A stretch of 64,000 nucleotides of DNA, from IMG/VR virus record IMGVR_UViG_3300023174_000161; one strand, given 5' to 3'. The first letter of the stretch is position 1, and each line of letters opens with the position of its first letter. The position numbers and the translations under genes were made by a program. This DNA comes from an uncultured virus (IMG/VR IMGVR_UViG_3300023174_000161) (Duplodnaviria > Heunggongvirae > Uroviricota > Caudoviricetes). Below, piece by piece: positions 28,166-37,457 of the stretch. The notes beneath the pieces were generated by a model. That model was not told the origin of the DNA. It did not search any database and was given only the letters and a program-made list of their open reading frames with translations.

Positions 28166-29380
28166 TTATGCCATGTTGGGAATTTCACCCATTGCAAACA
28201 TTCTCATCTGAACCTGAGGCCGGCCAATGTTGGCTCCGTCCACCTCTTTAAGTTCTTCCTTCAAAAGATCCACGGCTTTATCCTCATAGATTTTGGCTTC
28301 AACAAGATTGTTGTTTTCTTCCTTTTCAATGGCAATTGCCATCATCTTGAGGGCGCCAAGGTTGGTGACAATAAGGTCGTCATCATTACCAGTGACCGGA
28401 ATAAACTTGCGCTTGGCAAGTACCGTAACAGCAGAACCTTCCTCGTTCTCAAAGCCTGGGATTGCATATCGCCTATACTGGGGCAAAGTCTCGTCGGGTG
28501 CAAGTATGGCGATGCAGTATTCAGCACCCGTGGTTGGATCGACTGCATAGACGCGGACCCAACCTTTCGTAGGGGTTTTGTTTATTGCATCGATGCTTCG
28601 GAAGGCGTTGCGTGTGGTACGGGGGAGTTCTGTGAAAACTCCATTGTTCTGTGGCCAAAGAGCTAGCCAGGGATAATATACCGAAGTCGCATATGAATCG
28701 AGTTCAATGTTATCGCCCAATAAATACCAAACATCAACGCCATCCCATTGCAAAACCCAACCATTCAAATTCTTATAGGCTGGTTTGGAGTTATAAGTTG
28801 TATACCAAGCATACACCCCATTGCCATTAGTATTTTCTTCAGTAAGTCCAGAAACTAACACGCTAGAATTGCCCGACCCAGCGCTCAAGTTCAAGCGCTC
28901 GCCGTCGATGTAGGCGCTGTTTTCAATCGTCTGGACTCGGTTATTATATGTATCTGATCCCCGGAATAGAATGGTCGCAGTGGAGTCTTCAATCAAATCG
29001 GTATAAACGCGAATGTAACTTTGTTCTGCCAAAGACCTAAAACAAGGAACGAATCCTCGGTCAATAAGTTGACGCCAGTCTCCAGCCTGAGTCATCCCGG
29101 GGCCGTTGGCCATAAACTCGTACCACTGGTTATAAACCTGTGCGGGAAACCCACCAAAGTTGTACCCAAGAATGGACTCAAACTCGCGGGGCAACGTGAT
29201 ACACCCGCCGTAAACACATACCGAATATCGTCCATAAGTTCCGGCGTATAAACCTTTATTGAGCAAACGTTCCTGGGCCTCATTAACGCGGGCCAAAAGT
29301 TGCGGGTCGGAAGCGCACATCCCGTTCTGGGTAACGCGGGCTAACTGCTCTTTTACAGATCCGTATGTTCTTCGAATCAT
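28166..29380 (-). CDS. putative tail adaptor / tail tubular protein A-like
   Basis: VNEAQERLL..G, CITLPREFE N-terminus, helical C-terminus; podovirus synteny. Confidence 0.55.
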   Translation of the reverse strand: MIRRTYGSVKEQLARVTQNGMCASDPQLLARVNEAQERLLNKGLYAGTYGRYSVCVYGGCITLPREFESILGYNFGGFPAQVYNQWYEFMANGPGMTQAGDWRQLIDRGFVPCFRSLAEQSYIRVYTDLIEDSTATILFRGSDTYNNRVQTIENSAYIDGERLNLSAGSGNSSVLVSGLTEENTNGNGVYAWYTTYNSKPAYKNLNGWVLQWDGVDVWYLLGDNIELDSYATSVYYPWLALWPQNNGVFTELPRTTRNAFRSIDAINKTPTKGWVRVYAVDPTTGAEYCIAILAPDETLPQYRRYAIPGFENEEGSAVTVLAKRKFIPVTGNDDDLIVTNLGALKMMAIAIEKEENNNLVEAKIYEDKAVDLLKEELKEVDGANIGRPQVQMRMFAMGEIPNMA

Positions 29381-29799
29381 GCGTAGTTCCCTACGTAAAC
29401 TTTGTATCTATATCCGTTAGGAGCAGTAGGTGTTTGAGGAGTTAAAACTTCTCTTCCTGCTACGGTATAAGTTGTCGCACCTTCACCCCAGGGGGAAACA
29501 ATACTTGCAGTTGAATCTACTAAAACCATATCGCCAAAGGTAAACTGTGTAAACTCCACCCAAGACCCATTCACAAAAACATTGACAGTTGATGGAAGCC
29601 CAGTTTGAGGAGAAAGCTTAAACCACACTTTATCTTGATCATTTCCTGTTGGTGTGGAAGAACTAACAACGGCGTACCGAAGACCATCGGGATAAGTAAC
29701 TGTCAAGTAAGAGGATAAACCGCTAAGAAGAGCATTAAAATTACCCGGATAAGGTGTTCCGGCTGGCACAGTACCGGAAAAAATCTTTATGTCAGCCAT
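29377..29799 (-). CDS. small tail-associated protein; paralog of both ends of 32532-34577
   Basis: DQDKVWF, WVEF..GDMVLV, SPWGEG, GYRYKVYVG shared. Confidence 0.6.
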   Translation of the reverse strand: MADIKIFSGTVPAGTPYPGNFNALLSGLSSYLTVTYPDGLRYAVVSSSTPTGNDQDKVWFKLSPQTGLPSTVNVFVNGSWVEFTQFTFGDMVLVDSTASIVSPWGEGATTYTVAGREVLTPQTPTAPNGYRYKVYVGNYA

Positions 29800-29808
29800 A
29801 GATCCTTT

Positions 29809-29836
29809 AGATTAAAGAGTTGCATTTTTATGTCAA
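29809..29836 (-). promoter_or_regulatory. sigma70-type promoter
   Basis: TTGACA-N16-TAATCT then AAAGGA and ATG. Confidence 0.6.
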
Positions 29837-29838
29837 GG

Positions 29839-32535
29839 CTAGACTGGCACATTAAAAGTTTTAGAAGCCGTGCCAATCAACTTGCCATTGTCAGCGCTCA
29901 AGGTTGTGGGAGTATTATAGGGATTAGCTTGTGGGTAGATTTTTCGAATAGTGTGATTTTCAGTGTCGGCCACGTAAAGAACTCCGTCTAGCCCAACCCA
30001 AATACCGCGAGGAGCATTAAGCAAACAAGCTCGTCCGGCCCCATCTGAACTTCCTGAAATTCCTGGAATGCCAACAAGGGTAGTCACAAAAGGAATTCCA
30101 TTTGGATCGTCAAAATTTATCATCCTAATAGTGTTCGATCCAGTCTCGCACAAATATAAATTTCCATAAGTATCGCAAGTTAGATCACCACCTTTTTGAG
30201 TATAATCACTACTTGTTGCAGTAAAAGCAGCAAAAGGCCAATGATTGTAAGAATCATTTACAGGACCTGGAAGAAAAGGAGGATGTAATCCTGCTCCATC
30301 CTGTACCGTAAATCTACCCGGTGAAGCTCCAGCCTGCTCGCCAGCACTCCATCCGGCTACTGGTCTTATGCGCCATTGCCCATTGTTGTAATAACAATTT
30401 TTTATTTTACCATTACCCGAGTCAAAAATATAGAACTCTCCTGCTGGCGAAGAAGTAATTCCGTCTAAATTATCAAATAAAATAAAATCAGTTGGTATTG
30501 TTCGGGAATCAATTCCATAAGGTGCTAATGAAACACCGGGGAATGGGTAATTCCCGGCGCTAATCTCGGATCCTGCAAAAATAGATACGCTTCCAGCTGA
30601 AGTTACTTTTATTATAGTACTGGCAGTAGTAATAAAAATTGTACCGTCGGGTATAACACAAACTTTTTTAGCAGTTGCTATTCTTGTTTCGGTTGAATCA
30701 ACTAAAGTAGTCACAACTCCAGCTGGAGTTATTTTTCTTAAAGAAACTCCTGCACCCTCGTCAAGTACGTAAAGATTTCCATTCAAATCAATAGTAATAG
30801 CTATAGGATAGTTAAAACGGGCGGATGTTCCTGTTCCATCTGCGTCGCCCGGAGATCCTGGACTGCCAGCAAAAGTGGTAACGACTCCTGCTGAAGTTAT
30901 TTTTCTTATGCAATTATTTTGATTGTCTGCTACGTATAAAATGCTGGCATCTGGCACTCCACAAATTCCCGCCGGATTGTTAAACCTAGCGGAACTTCCC
31001 GTTCCATTTGTTGAACCTGAGTTTCCAGCACTTCCAGCAAAAGTTGAAGATGTGGCTGTGCTTGCTGTAAAAATAAACTTTTCCACATCTTGACCGACGA
31101 ATGAATTAGTGGGGTCGGCTATGACATATAAACTATTTCCAACAAAGTTTTTTGACGCTGCTCGAGCAGCATAAAGACCCCACCAAACTTCAGAAATTAC
31201 TCCACCCTGAGTAATTTTCCATATAGGAACATAAGCTTGGTTTACGGCATTGATTAAAAAATACATATCCCCATCTGGACTTCTGCTTAAAAAGACTCCG
31301 GTTTCTTCAAACCACGGGGCTGAAAAAGTAGTTATTGCGCCAACAGAATTGCGCCGCTTAAATGAATCTGCAGCAGTACCCCAAACATTATCGTAAATAT
31401 CGCAACAAATATATGCAGAAAAACCACTACTTTCTAGTGTAGTAATATTTCCAAGTGAATCTATAGAACGAAGACCGCCACCGAAATCGGCAGCATATAA
31501 AAGTCCAGTTGAATCAAAAGTTATAGATATTATGTTAGGAGTGAGCCCAGTAACAAAAATAGAGTCAACTCCAGATTGGGTCACTTTAACAATTTTTGTC
31601 GCAAAAGAACAGTATAAATCTCCAGTAATCGGATGTATGTCGACACTTGAGACCCATTCCGAATAAAGCATATAAAGATAAGAAACAACGCTTGAATTAC
31701 CAGAGCTGTCCATTTTACAAAGCAAAGGATCTCCCAACTGACCGTATGTCGCATAGTAAAAATTCCCAGCAGAATCTGAGCATCCACCAATTTCTGGACG
31801 AGGAGTAAGTTGAGTAGCCACTCGCGTATTTGCTGGTAAAGAATTAAACCAGATGTTTTCTATTGTTGGAGTTCCTGATATTACTCCAGTAACTGGATTG
31901 ATACTTAATCCATCGGGAAGAGGAGAAGCACCAAATGTCTGCGGAGATTTAGACGCTGTAATTGTGTAGGGAGTCATCGAGCGTCCGCGAGTCAAAGTAA
32001 CAGGAGAAAGAGAACTGGTTATTACGGGTCGTTGTAGCAGTCTAAAATACAAATCGCGATATCCGGTGCCAATGGAATTAGTTGCGCTCATCCTGCTAAT
32101 TACGTCAATCTCAGGTGTATTAGTACCGGAAGTATACGTTCCAGAAATAACTCCGGTAGACGTATTGACGGTAAATCCAGTCGGTAGGCCAGTTACATTA
32201 TAGGAAGTTACTGGTTGCGCGGCAACGGCTGTTATCTGATAAGAAAATGGAATCGTGGTTTCTTGAATCACATCATCGGTACTTGTTATGTAGGGGACCG
32301 CTGGTGCATTGACTGTTAAATCAAGAACAGCTGCGCCTACTCCCCCATCATTTTTGGCCAAAACTGAAATGGCGAATCGGCCAACTTGTGCCGGAGTTCC
32401 AGAAATTGTTCCATCCTCGTTGAGATAACTAAGGCCAGTGGGAAGATTAACCACCATAAACTTATTGGAGTTTGGTGCGTTTGGAGTTCTGGAATACGAA
32501 TCTCCGGCAACAACTGTGTCGTAGGTTATGTTCAT
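29839..32535 (-). CDS. tail fibre/adhesin with He_PIG Ig-like domains and NHL beta-propeller repeats
   Basis: LPTGL...GTISGTP-type repeat x3; FAGS.G..G..[DN]GTG.SARFN.P NHL repeats. Confidence 0.8.
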   Translation of the reverse strand: MNITYDTVVAGDSYSRTPNAPNSNKFMVVNLPTGLSYLNEDGTISGTPAQVGRFAISVLAKNDGGVGAAVLDLTVNAPAVPYITSTDDVIQETTIPFSYQITAVAAQPVTSYNVTGLPTGFTVNTSTGVISGTYTSGTNTPEIDVISRMSATNSIGTGYRDLYFRLLQRPVITSSLSPVTLTRGRSMTPYTITASKSPQTFGASPLPDGLSINPVTGVISGTPTIENIWFNSLPANTRVATQLTPRPEIGGCSDSAGNFYYATYGQLGDPLLCKMDSSGNSSVVSYLYMLYSEWVSSVDIHPITGDLYCSFATKIVKVTQSGVDSIFVTGLTPNIISITFDSTGLLYAADFGGGLRSIDSLGNITTLESSGFSAYICCDIYDNVWGTAADSFKRRNSVGAITTFSAPWFEETGVFLSRSPDGDMYFLINAVNQAYVPIWKITQGGVISEVWWGLYAARAASKNFVGNSLYVIADPTNSFVGQDVEKFIFTASTATSSTFAGSAGNSGSTNGTGSSARFNNPAGICGVPDASILYVADNQNNCIRKITSAGVVTTFAGSPGSPGDADGTGTSARFNYPIAITIDLNGNLYVLDEGAGVSLRKITPAGVVTTLVDSTETRIATAKKVCVIPDGTIFITTASTIIKVTSAGSVSIFAGSEISAGNYPFPGVSLAPYGIDSRTIPTDFILFDNLDGITSSPAGEFYIFDSGNGKIKNCYYNNGQWRIRPVAGWSAGEQAGASPGRFTVQDGAGLHPPFLPGPVNDSYNHWPFAAFTATSSDYTQKGGDLTCDTYGNLYLCETGSNTIRMINFDDPNGIPFVTTLVGIPGISGSSDGAGRACLLNAPRGIWVGLDGVLYVADTENHTIRKIYPQANPYNTPTTLSADNGKLIGTASKTFNVPV

Positions 32536-34577
32536 GGGTTTACAGATGGGGGTAAGGGAGTGCCCATGGTAGCTCCAATATAATACTTGTATTTAAATCC
32601 GGCTGAAAGATTATTTGTAATTGTAGGCACCGTAAAAATACCTTCACCCCATGGGCTTAAATCATATGAAAATCCTGGAACTCCCCACGGAAATACAACA
32701 GCTTGTTCATTAGGTACAACAATAATATCGCCTCTTTTTAATGTTGAAAATTCATTCCAATCCGCATCTTTATAAAGTCTCAATGCAGGAGTGTTAAAAT
32801 TAATCGTTTGAAACGCAGAAAAAATTTGAATATTAACACCTTTTGTTGCGGTCCCAAAAGCATTTGTAGCGCTAACAACAATAGTTGTTATTCCAGCTTG
32901 TGTTGGAGTTCCTGAAATTACTCCGGTAGAAGTATTCAAAGTCAAACCCGGAGGAAGACTATCTACTCCATACGAAGAAGCTGGGGATGGGTTTACAACA
33001 ATTGCATAGGAAAAAGATTGTCCAATTGTTCCAACAGAATAATTTTCACTCACAATAGTTGGGGCTTCTTGAGAAACCATATTAGAATTTTTAGTCGAAC
33101 CCAGTGAAGTAACACCATAATCAACATTAGTTTCAATTAAAAAAGTTTCATCTTGCTCTCCAGTATTTGAAAATTTGTATATATTCCGAAGATGCCATGG
33201 ATTATTTGACTCTGAAACTAAACACACGGATATAAAGACGTCCCCTGAAATTGTTGGATTAATCATATCATAATAATACTGTTCATTTAAATTTCCCCAA
33301 GGAAGATTAAAGGTAGTATCAATTGACCCATCTTTATTTAACCTATAAAGCAAACTGCCAGCCCCTTCTCCGGTACTAGTAATCAATCTTCCGGTAACGT
33401 AAATTTTATTGTCGGGTGCTTCTACTAAATAATTAACATAAGTAAATTTAAGGGGGCAAGAAAAAGACGTATCTTTAGTTCCATCTGACAACAATCTTAC
33501 AATATTTCCAGATGGAATGGGAGCAAGAAGAGGAGATGAAGGTATTTTTGTTCTAAATACAAGAATGTTTCCTGAACCCAAAACTAAAATTTTATTATAA
33601 CTAGCTCCATTTGGACCAAACGCATTAGAAATTACTTGACCTCTCGGTAAGCCGGCATCATCTGGTATAGAAGGATCGGCGACAAATGTAGAATCAAATG
33701 TGCCATCTGAATTTAATCTACAAATGCCCATTGGATTATTTATAAATGTATCTGAAATATCTTGCCCAGGGTTTTCTGGATCAGGAATTGCGTGTAAATT
33801 AAAATCACCGTTCACTAATATTTTATTGTCTTTTTGAACTGAGATATCACAAAGTCTTGCAATATAAGACACATAATTTTGTATGCCGGTTGCCATCAAA
33901 ATAATAGTACTTCCCTGGGTATTGAATTGTTTGTACACAGTACCGTCTTCGTTAAGAATCACCATTAAAGCGTAGGGGTTTCTAGTCTGATAAATAATAA
34001 GTTTTCGATCGGGTCGTAAACACAATTTTATAGTGGGAGCCATTTTTTCAGGGGGAGTAATTTCTCCGGAATAATACTGAAAGGGTGGAATGTTGAATGG
34101 CGCAAATGAATTATCAATTGCCCCAGAAAAATCTAAACGAATTACTTGAGCATCTTTTACGGCATAAAACTTATCATTTCCAGCGTAAATTATGTAGCCA
34201 TAAACACCGGGAGGGGCATTAAAAGTACCATCTATAGCTCCCGTAGCACTTGCATGCCTAGTAAAAGCAGTAGCTTGCCCATAACTACTTGGGCTAGAAG
34301 AAGTCGGTAACAACAATTTATAGCTGGAGCTTGTGGCTGGAGGAGGTGTTGGGGGAAGAGGAGGAACTGGAACCTCTTGGGGGTCGGGAGTGTGAATCCA
34401 AATTTTGTCAGAATCTTGATCAAAAGGACGAGATGAACTCGGGCCTGTAAATATTGGATCGACTCCAGCTCGTCCATCTACTTCCCCATTAACAGCGAGA
34501 TAATCAACTAATTCCTGAACCGTTCTAGGATAATTCTGAGAAACAGCGGGGGTAAAAGAAATAGAATACTCACTCAT
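32532..34577 (-). CDS. tail-associated protein with delta-60 repeats and He_PIG domain
   Basis: RLNSDGTFDSTF, RLLSDGTKDTSF, RLNKDGSIDTTF; LPPGLTLNTSTGVISGTP. Confidence 0.75.
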   Translation of the reverse strand: MSEYSISFTPAVSQNYPRTVQELVDYLAVNGEVDGRAGVDPIFTGPSSSRPFDQDSDKIWIHTPDPQEVPVPPLPPTPPPATSSSYKLLLPTSSSPSSYGQATAFTRHASATGAIDGTFNAPPGVYGYIIYAGNDKFYAVKDAQVIRLDFSGAIDNSFAPFNIPPFQYYSGEITPPEKMAPTIKLCLRPDRKLIIYQTRNPYALMVILNEDGTVYKQFNTQGSTIILMATGIQNYVSYIARLCDISVQKDNKILVNGDFNLHAIPDPENPGQDISDTFINNPMGICRLNSDGTFDSTFVADPSIPDDAGLPRGQVISNAFGPNGASYNKILVLGSGNILVFRTKIPSSPLLAPIPSGNIVRLLSDGTKDTSFSCPLKFTYVNYLVEAPDNKIYVTGRLITSTGEGAGSLLYRLNKDGSIDTTFNLPWGNLNEQYYYDMINPTISGDVFISVCLVSESNNPWHLRNIYKFSNTGEQDETFLIETNVDYGVTSLGSTKNSNMVSQEAPTIVSENYSVGTIGQSFSYAIVVNPSPASSYGVDSLPPGLTLNTSTGVISGTPTQAGITTIVVSATNAFGTATKGVNIQIFSAFQTINFNTPALRLYKDADWNEFSTLKRGDIIVVPNEQAVVFPWGVPGFSYDLSPWGEGIFTVPTITNNLSAGFKYKYYIGATMGTPLPPSVNP

Positions 34578-36536
34578 TTAACATTCCCCCAAATCGCTAA
34601 TATCCTTGCGAGAAGCATGAAGTCTAAAGAAACCTAGTTTGGCCATGCCTTCCCAATAAAGTTTTCCCTGAAACATGTATCCAAAATTAGAGAGTCGTTT
34701 AGATGAGTCAACTGGAATTGATTCTGGTTTAACAGTTCTAGTTATTTTAAAAGAAGAACCTAAGTCTGGAGGAGACTGAGTTGTCAGTACAGGGGTCGAT
34801 TGATTGTTAGGGATTTCTTGGCTTTGAAAAGGATAAAAAATATTTAAAAAATCTGGACTATATTCAAGGGTCCAGGTCACATTTTCAAATACATCAGTAA
34901 AACCAACATCCGCCCGCATCAAAGATTTAATATCAAACGGAGTCCCAAAAGAAAAACTTTTTGTTTCCAAAACACATTTAATTGGGGAAGTCACAGTGTC
35001 CAAATTTCTTGCTGGTTTTAAATTGTCCGCATAGTCGTCTAAAGTAATCTCATATAGACAATTTTTTCCATCGGAGTCGCAAGTTAACGCAAAACAACGC
35101 CGTCTGTTTCCAAACGTTCCTTCTACTAGTTTGCAAATTTGCAAACCATTCCACTCTCCGTCGAACACAGGTACCGGAGAATTTATTACGGATCCAGCAT
35201 TAAAATCTTTACTTATTAATTTTGTAAACACGGTATTGAATCGACCTGTATAATTTCCTTGCGCGTTAGTTGCCCGTTGAATTTTAGGAGCAGCTCCAAG
35301 AATATATCTGCTATCAAACAACACACCAGGAGCATATGTAAGCCAACGCTCGGTATCATAAGTAATGACACGACTAGCCTCCAAACTATCCGAAAGACTA
35401 ACAACTCCTCTAGCATTTACCGTTTGAGCTAAAGAACGAATTCCCTCTAGGGATCTAAAGTATACATCTTTATCCGTTAAAATAATTGATTCTTGGTTTT
35501 CTGATCCGCGACCAATAAATATCTTTCTTTGCATACCGATTGTATTCTGCCATGTGGTACGATCGTAGTTTGTAGCTTTAATTGCGTAAATGGAATTTTT
35601 TGTAAATACAATCAAATCGCCTTGACCTACAGAATTATCTTGGCCGGGTAGAAACACCAATCCAGTAATGTTGTCATTAAAATAAAAACTTCCGCCACCA
35701 GTAAAATAGATTGTTTCAGAAAATTTAACTTCGGCGTCTTTGCTTGACCCAACCAAGTCTCCCGCAAAAAGATTGTTGTTGTTGGCAACCCACAATCTTC
35801 CATTTCCATAGGCCATTACCTGTCCGACTGGAATGGCAATATCCTCCTGAACAACTCCTGGAGAATAAAAATTTAATGTTGTAACAATTGTTTTGGTTGC
35901 GACTTTACTTAGAGTAATAGTGCTGTTTGCAATGTCAAAACTAGAAATTTTTGTTCCCGGTTGAATTGCCCCGGAAGCAGAAGTTACCAACATGCCAGGT
36001 TGTAGATTAACCACACTTGGTGCGGCTACGACAGCGTTATTGGCTCCGAGAACGCACTCATCAATACTTGCGGCCGGGTCAAGATATTGCTTGATTCCTT
36101 CTGATCGATAAGATTTTGAACCATCATAAACTATAGCGGATGAAAGACCGTCTTGAGCCACAAGGAATGCATTGGCTTGAACAATACACACTTTTTGTGA
36201 AACATAAGGATTAGGTTCATCTGGTGGAGAAATATCTCTAGCTTCTAAATTAGAATTTAAAGGAGACAAATCGTACAATTTTCCGTTAATCATCCCAATT
36301 AAATCTTGAGTATCTCTCAAACGATTATCGAAATAACAAGCTCCCTGAATCACTCCCGAAGGAAGCAATTTAACGAATCTAAACCCGGGTCTTGTATTTG
36401 GAAAACCGTCTCGAACAACAATATTTTCCGCCCAAGAATATTGATTATCGGCGATCAAGGCGGGATCAACGGCGGAATTGGCTCCGCCCAGAAAGGAACC
36501 CATTCCCTCTGTCAGCCTATTTTGATCTGAGATCAT
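34578..36536 (-). CDS. putative tail nozzle / tail tubular protein B-like
   Basis: F.GG.NS..DP..I..NQY.WA.N..VR.G...TRPG N-terminus, beta-propeller character, synteny. Confidence 0.6.
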   Translation of the reverse strand: MISDQNRLTEGMGSFLGGANSAVDPALIADNQYSWAENIVVRDGFPNTRPGFRFVKLLPSGVIQGACYFDNRLRDTQDLIGMINGKLYDLSPLNSNLEARDISPPDEPNPYVSQKVCIVQANAFLVAQDGLSSAIVYDGSKSYRSEGIKQYLDPAASIDECVLGANNAVVAAPSVVNLQPGMLVTSASGAIQPGTKISSFDIANSTITLSKVATKTIVTTLNFYSPGVVQEDIAIPVGQVMAYGNGRLWVANNNNLFAGDLVGSSKDAEVKFSETIYFTGGGSFYFNDNITGLVFLPGQDNSVGQGDLIVFTKNSIYAIKATNYDRTTWQNTIGMQRKIFIGRGSENQESIILTDKDVYFRSLEGIRSLAQTVNARGVVSLSDSLEASRVITYDTERWLTYAPGVLFDSRYILGAAPKIQRATNAQGNYTGRFNTVFTKLISKDFNAGSVINSPVPVFDGEWNGLQICKLVEGTFGNRRRCFALTCDSDGKNCLYEITLDDYADNLKPARNLDTVTSPIKCVLETKSFSFGTPFDIKSLMRADVGFTDVFENVTWTLEYSPDFLNIFYPFQSQEIPNNQSTPVLTTQSPPDLGSSFKITRTVKPESIPVDSSKRLSNFGYMFQGKLYWEGMAKLGFFRLHASRKDISDLGEC

Positions 36537-37447
36537 TAGGCTGCCGCCGTGTACGTATTTACAACAATCTTTAAGTTAACATTGGCTCCAGGAAACTCAT
36601 TGTTAGTATAATTTTGAAAAAATAGATTGACAGTATTTGCGGCAGAAACAACAGCAGATACTGAAACAGAATCCTCAAAATTTGTAACAGGATCAAGTGC
36701 GTAACCAACTGTTACAACGTCACCCAAGGCGGCTCCCGTGCATGTAGATGATACTCGCTGACACGCTCCAACTGTCCCGGCTAAAGTTACTGTAACAACT
36801 TTATTAAAAAACAGGGACTTCGTTAATTCAGATTTTGAACTCTGTGCGGGAGATCCAACTTGCAACCTAGAAGCTTTAACGACCCCATAAGAAATTAAAA
36901 AATCTCCAGTAGCTTCTATCCCCCCACCAACAACAAGTGTTTGAGTTCCTCCTGAAGGGCTTACACCAATACCAACTCGATTAATATCCGCATCCGCCCA
37001 AATAATAGGAAACCCTGTAGATCCGGAAACTCTAAAAACAGGATTGTAAGAAACGTAACCTTGATTTACATCTAAAGAAGCAAAATTACTCGAAAGTTCT
37101 GGAGCTTTTGCCGAAGGATTAACAATACGATTAGATGAAACTACTTCCGTAGGATCTATTTGATCTATTTGAGTTAACTTTAATACAACGGAAATTGTGC
37201 TCGGAACTTCCATTACTTCATAATACCCTGCCTGAGAAATGTAAACAGTTTGTCCAAGAGCCATCCATAAAGAATTGGAAACGGAAACAGTAACATTAGA
37301 TAAAACATTCGGTTGGGTAAAATTAAAAGTAGTTCGGGTAAAAGAATTAACTCCGTTCGTACCGTTTGTTCCGTTAATCCCACCAAATCCCTGAGGTCCT
37401 TGGGGTCCGGCTTCTCCAATAACAAGTGTATTACAATCGCAGCTCAT
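36536..37447 (-). CDS. fibre protein with short collagen-like repeat
   Basis: GEAGPQGPQGFGGINGTNGTNG; C-terminal TGAA.GDVV...VSAANTV domain. Confidence 0.65.
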   Translation of the reverse strand: MSCDCNTLVIGEAGPQGPQGFGGINGTNGTNGVNSFTRTTFNFTQPNVLSNVTVSVSNSLWMALGQTVYISQAGYYEVMEVPSTISVVLKLTQIDQIDPTEVVSSNRIVNPSAKAPELSSNFASLDVNQGYVSYNPVFRVSGSTGFPIIWADADINRVGIGVSPSGGTQTLVVGGGIEATGDFLISYGVVKASRLQVGSPAQSSKSELTKSLFFNKVVTVTLAGTVGACQRVSSTCTGAALGDVVTVGYALDPVTNFEDSVSVSAVVSAANTVNLFFQNYTNNEFPGANVNLKIVVNTYTAAA

Positions 37448-37457
37448 TTAGTCCTCC

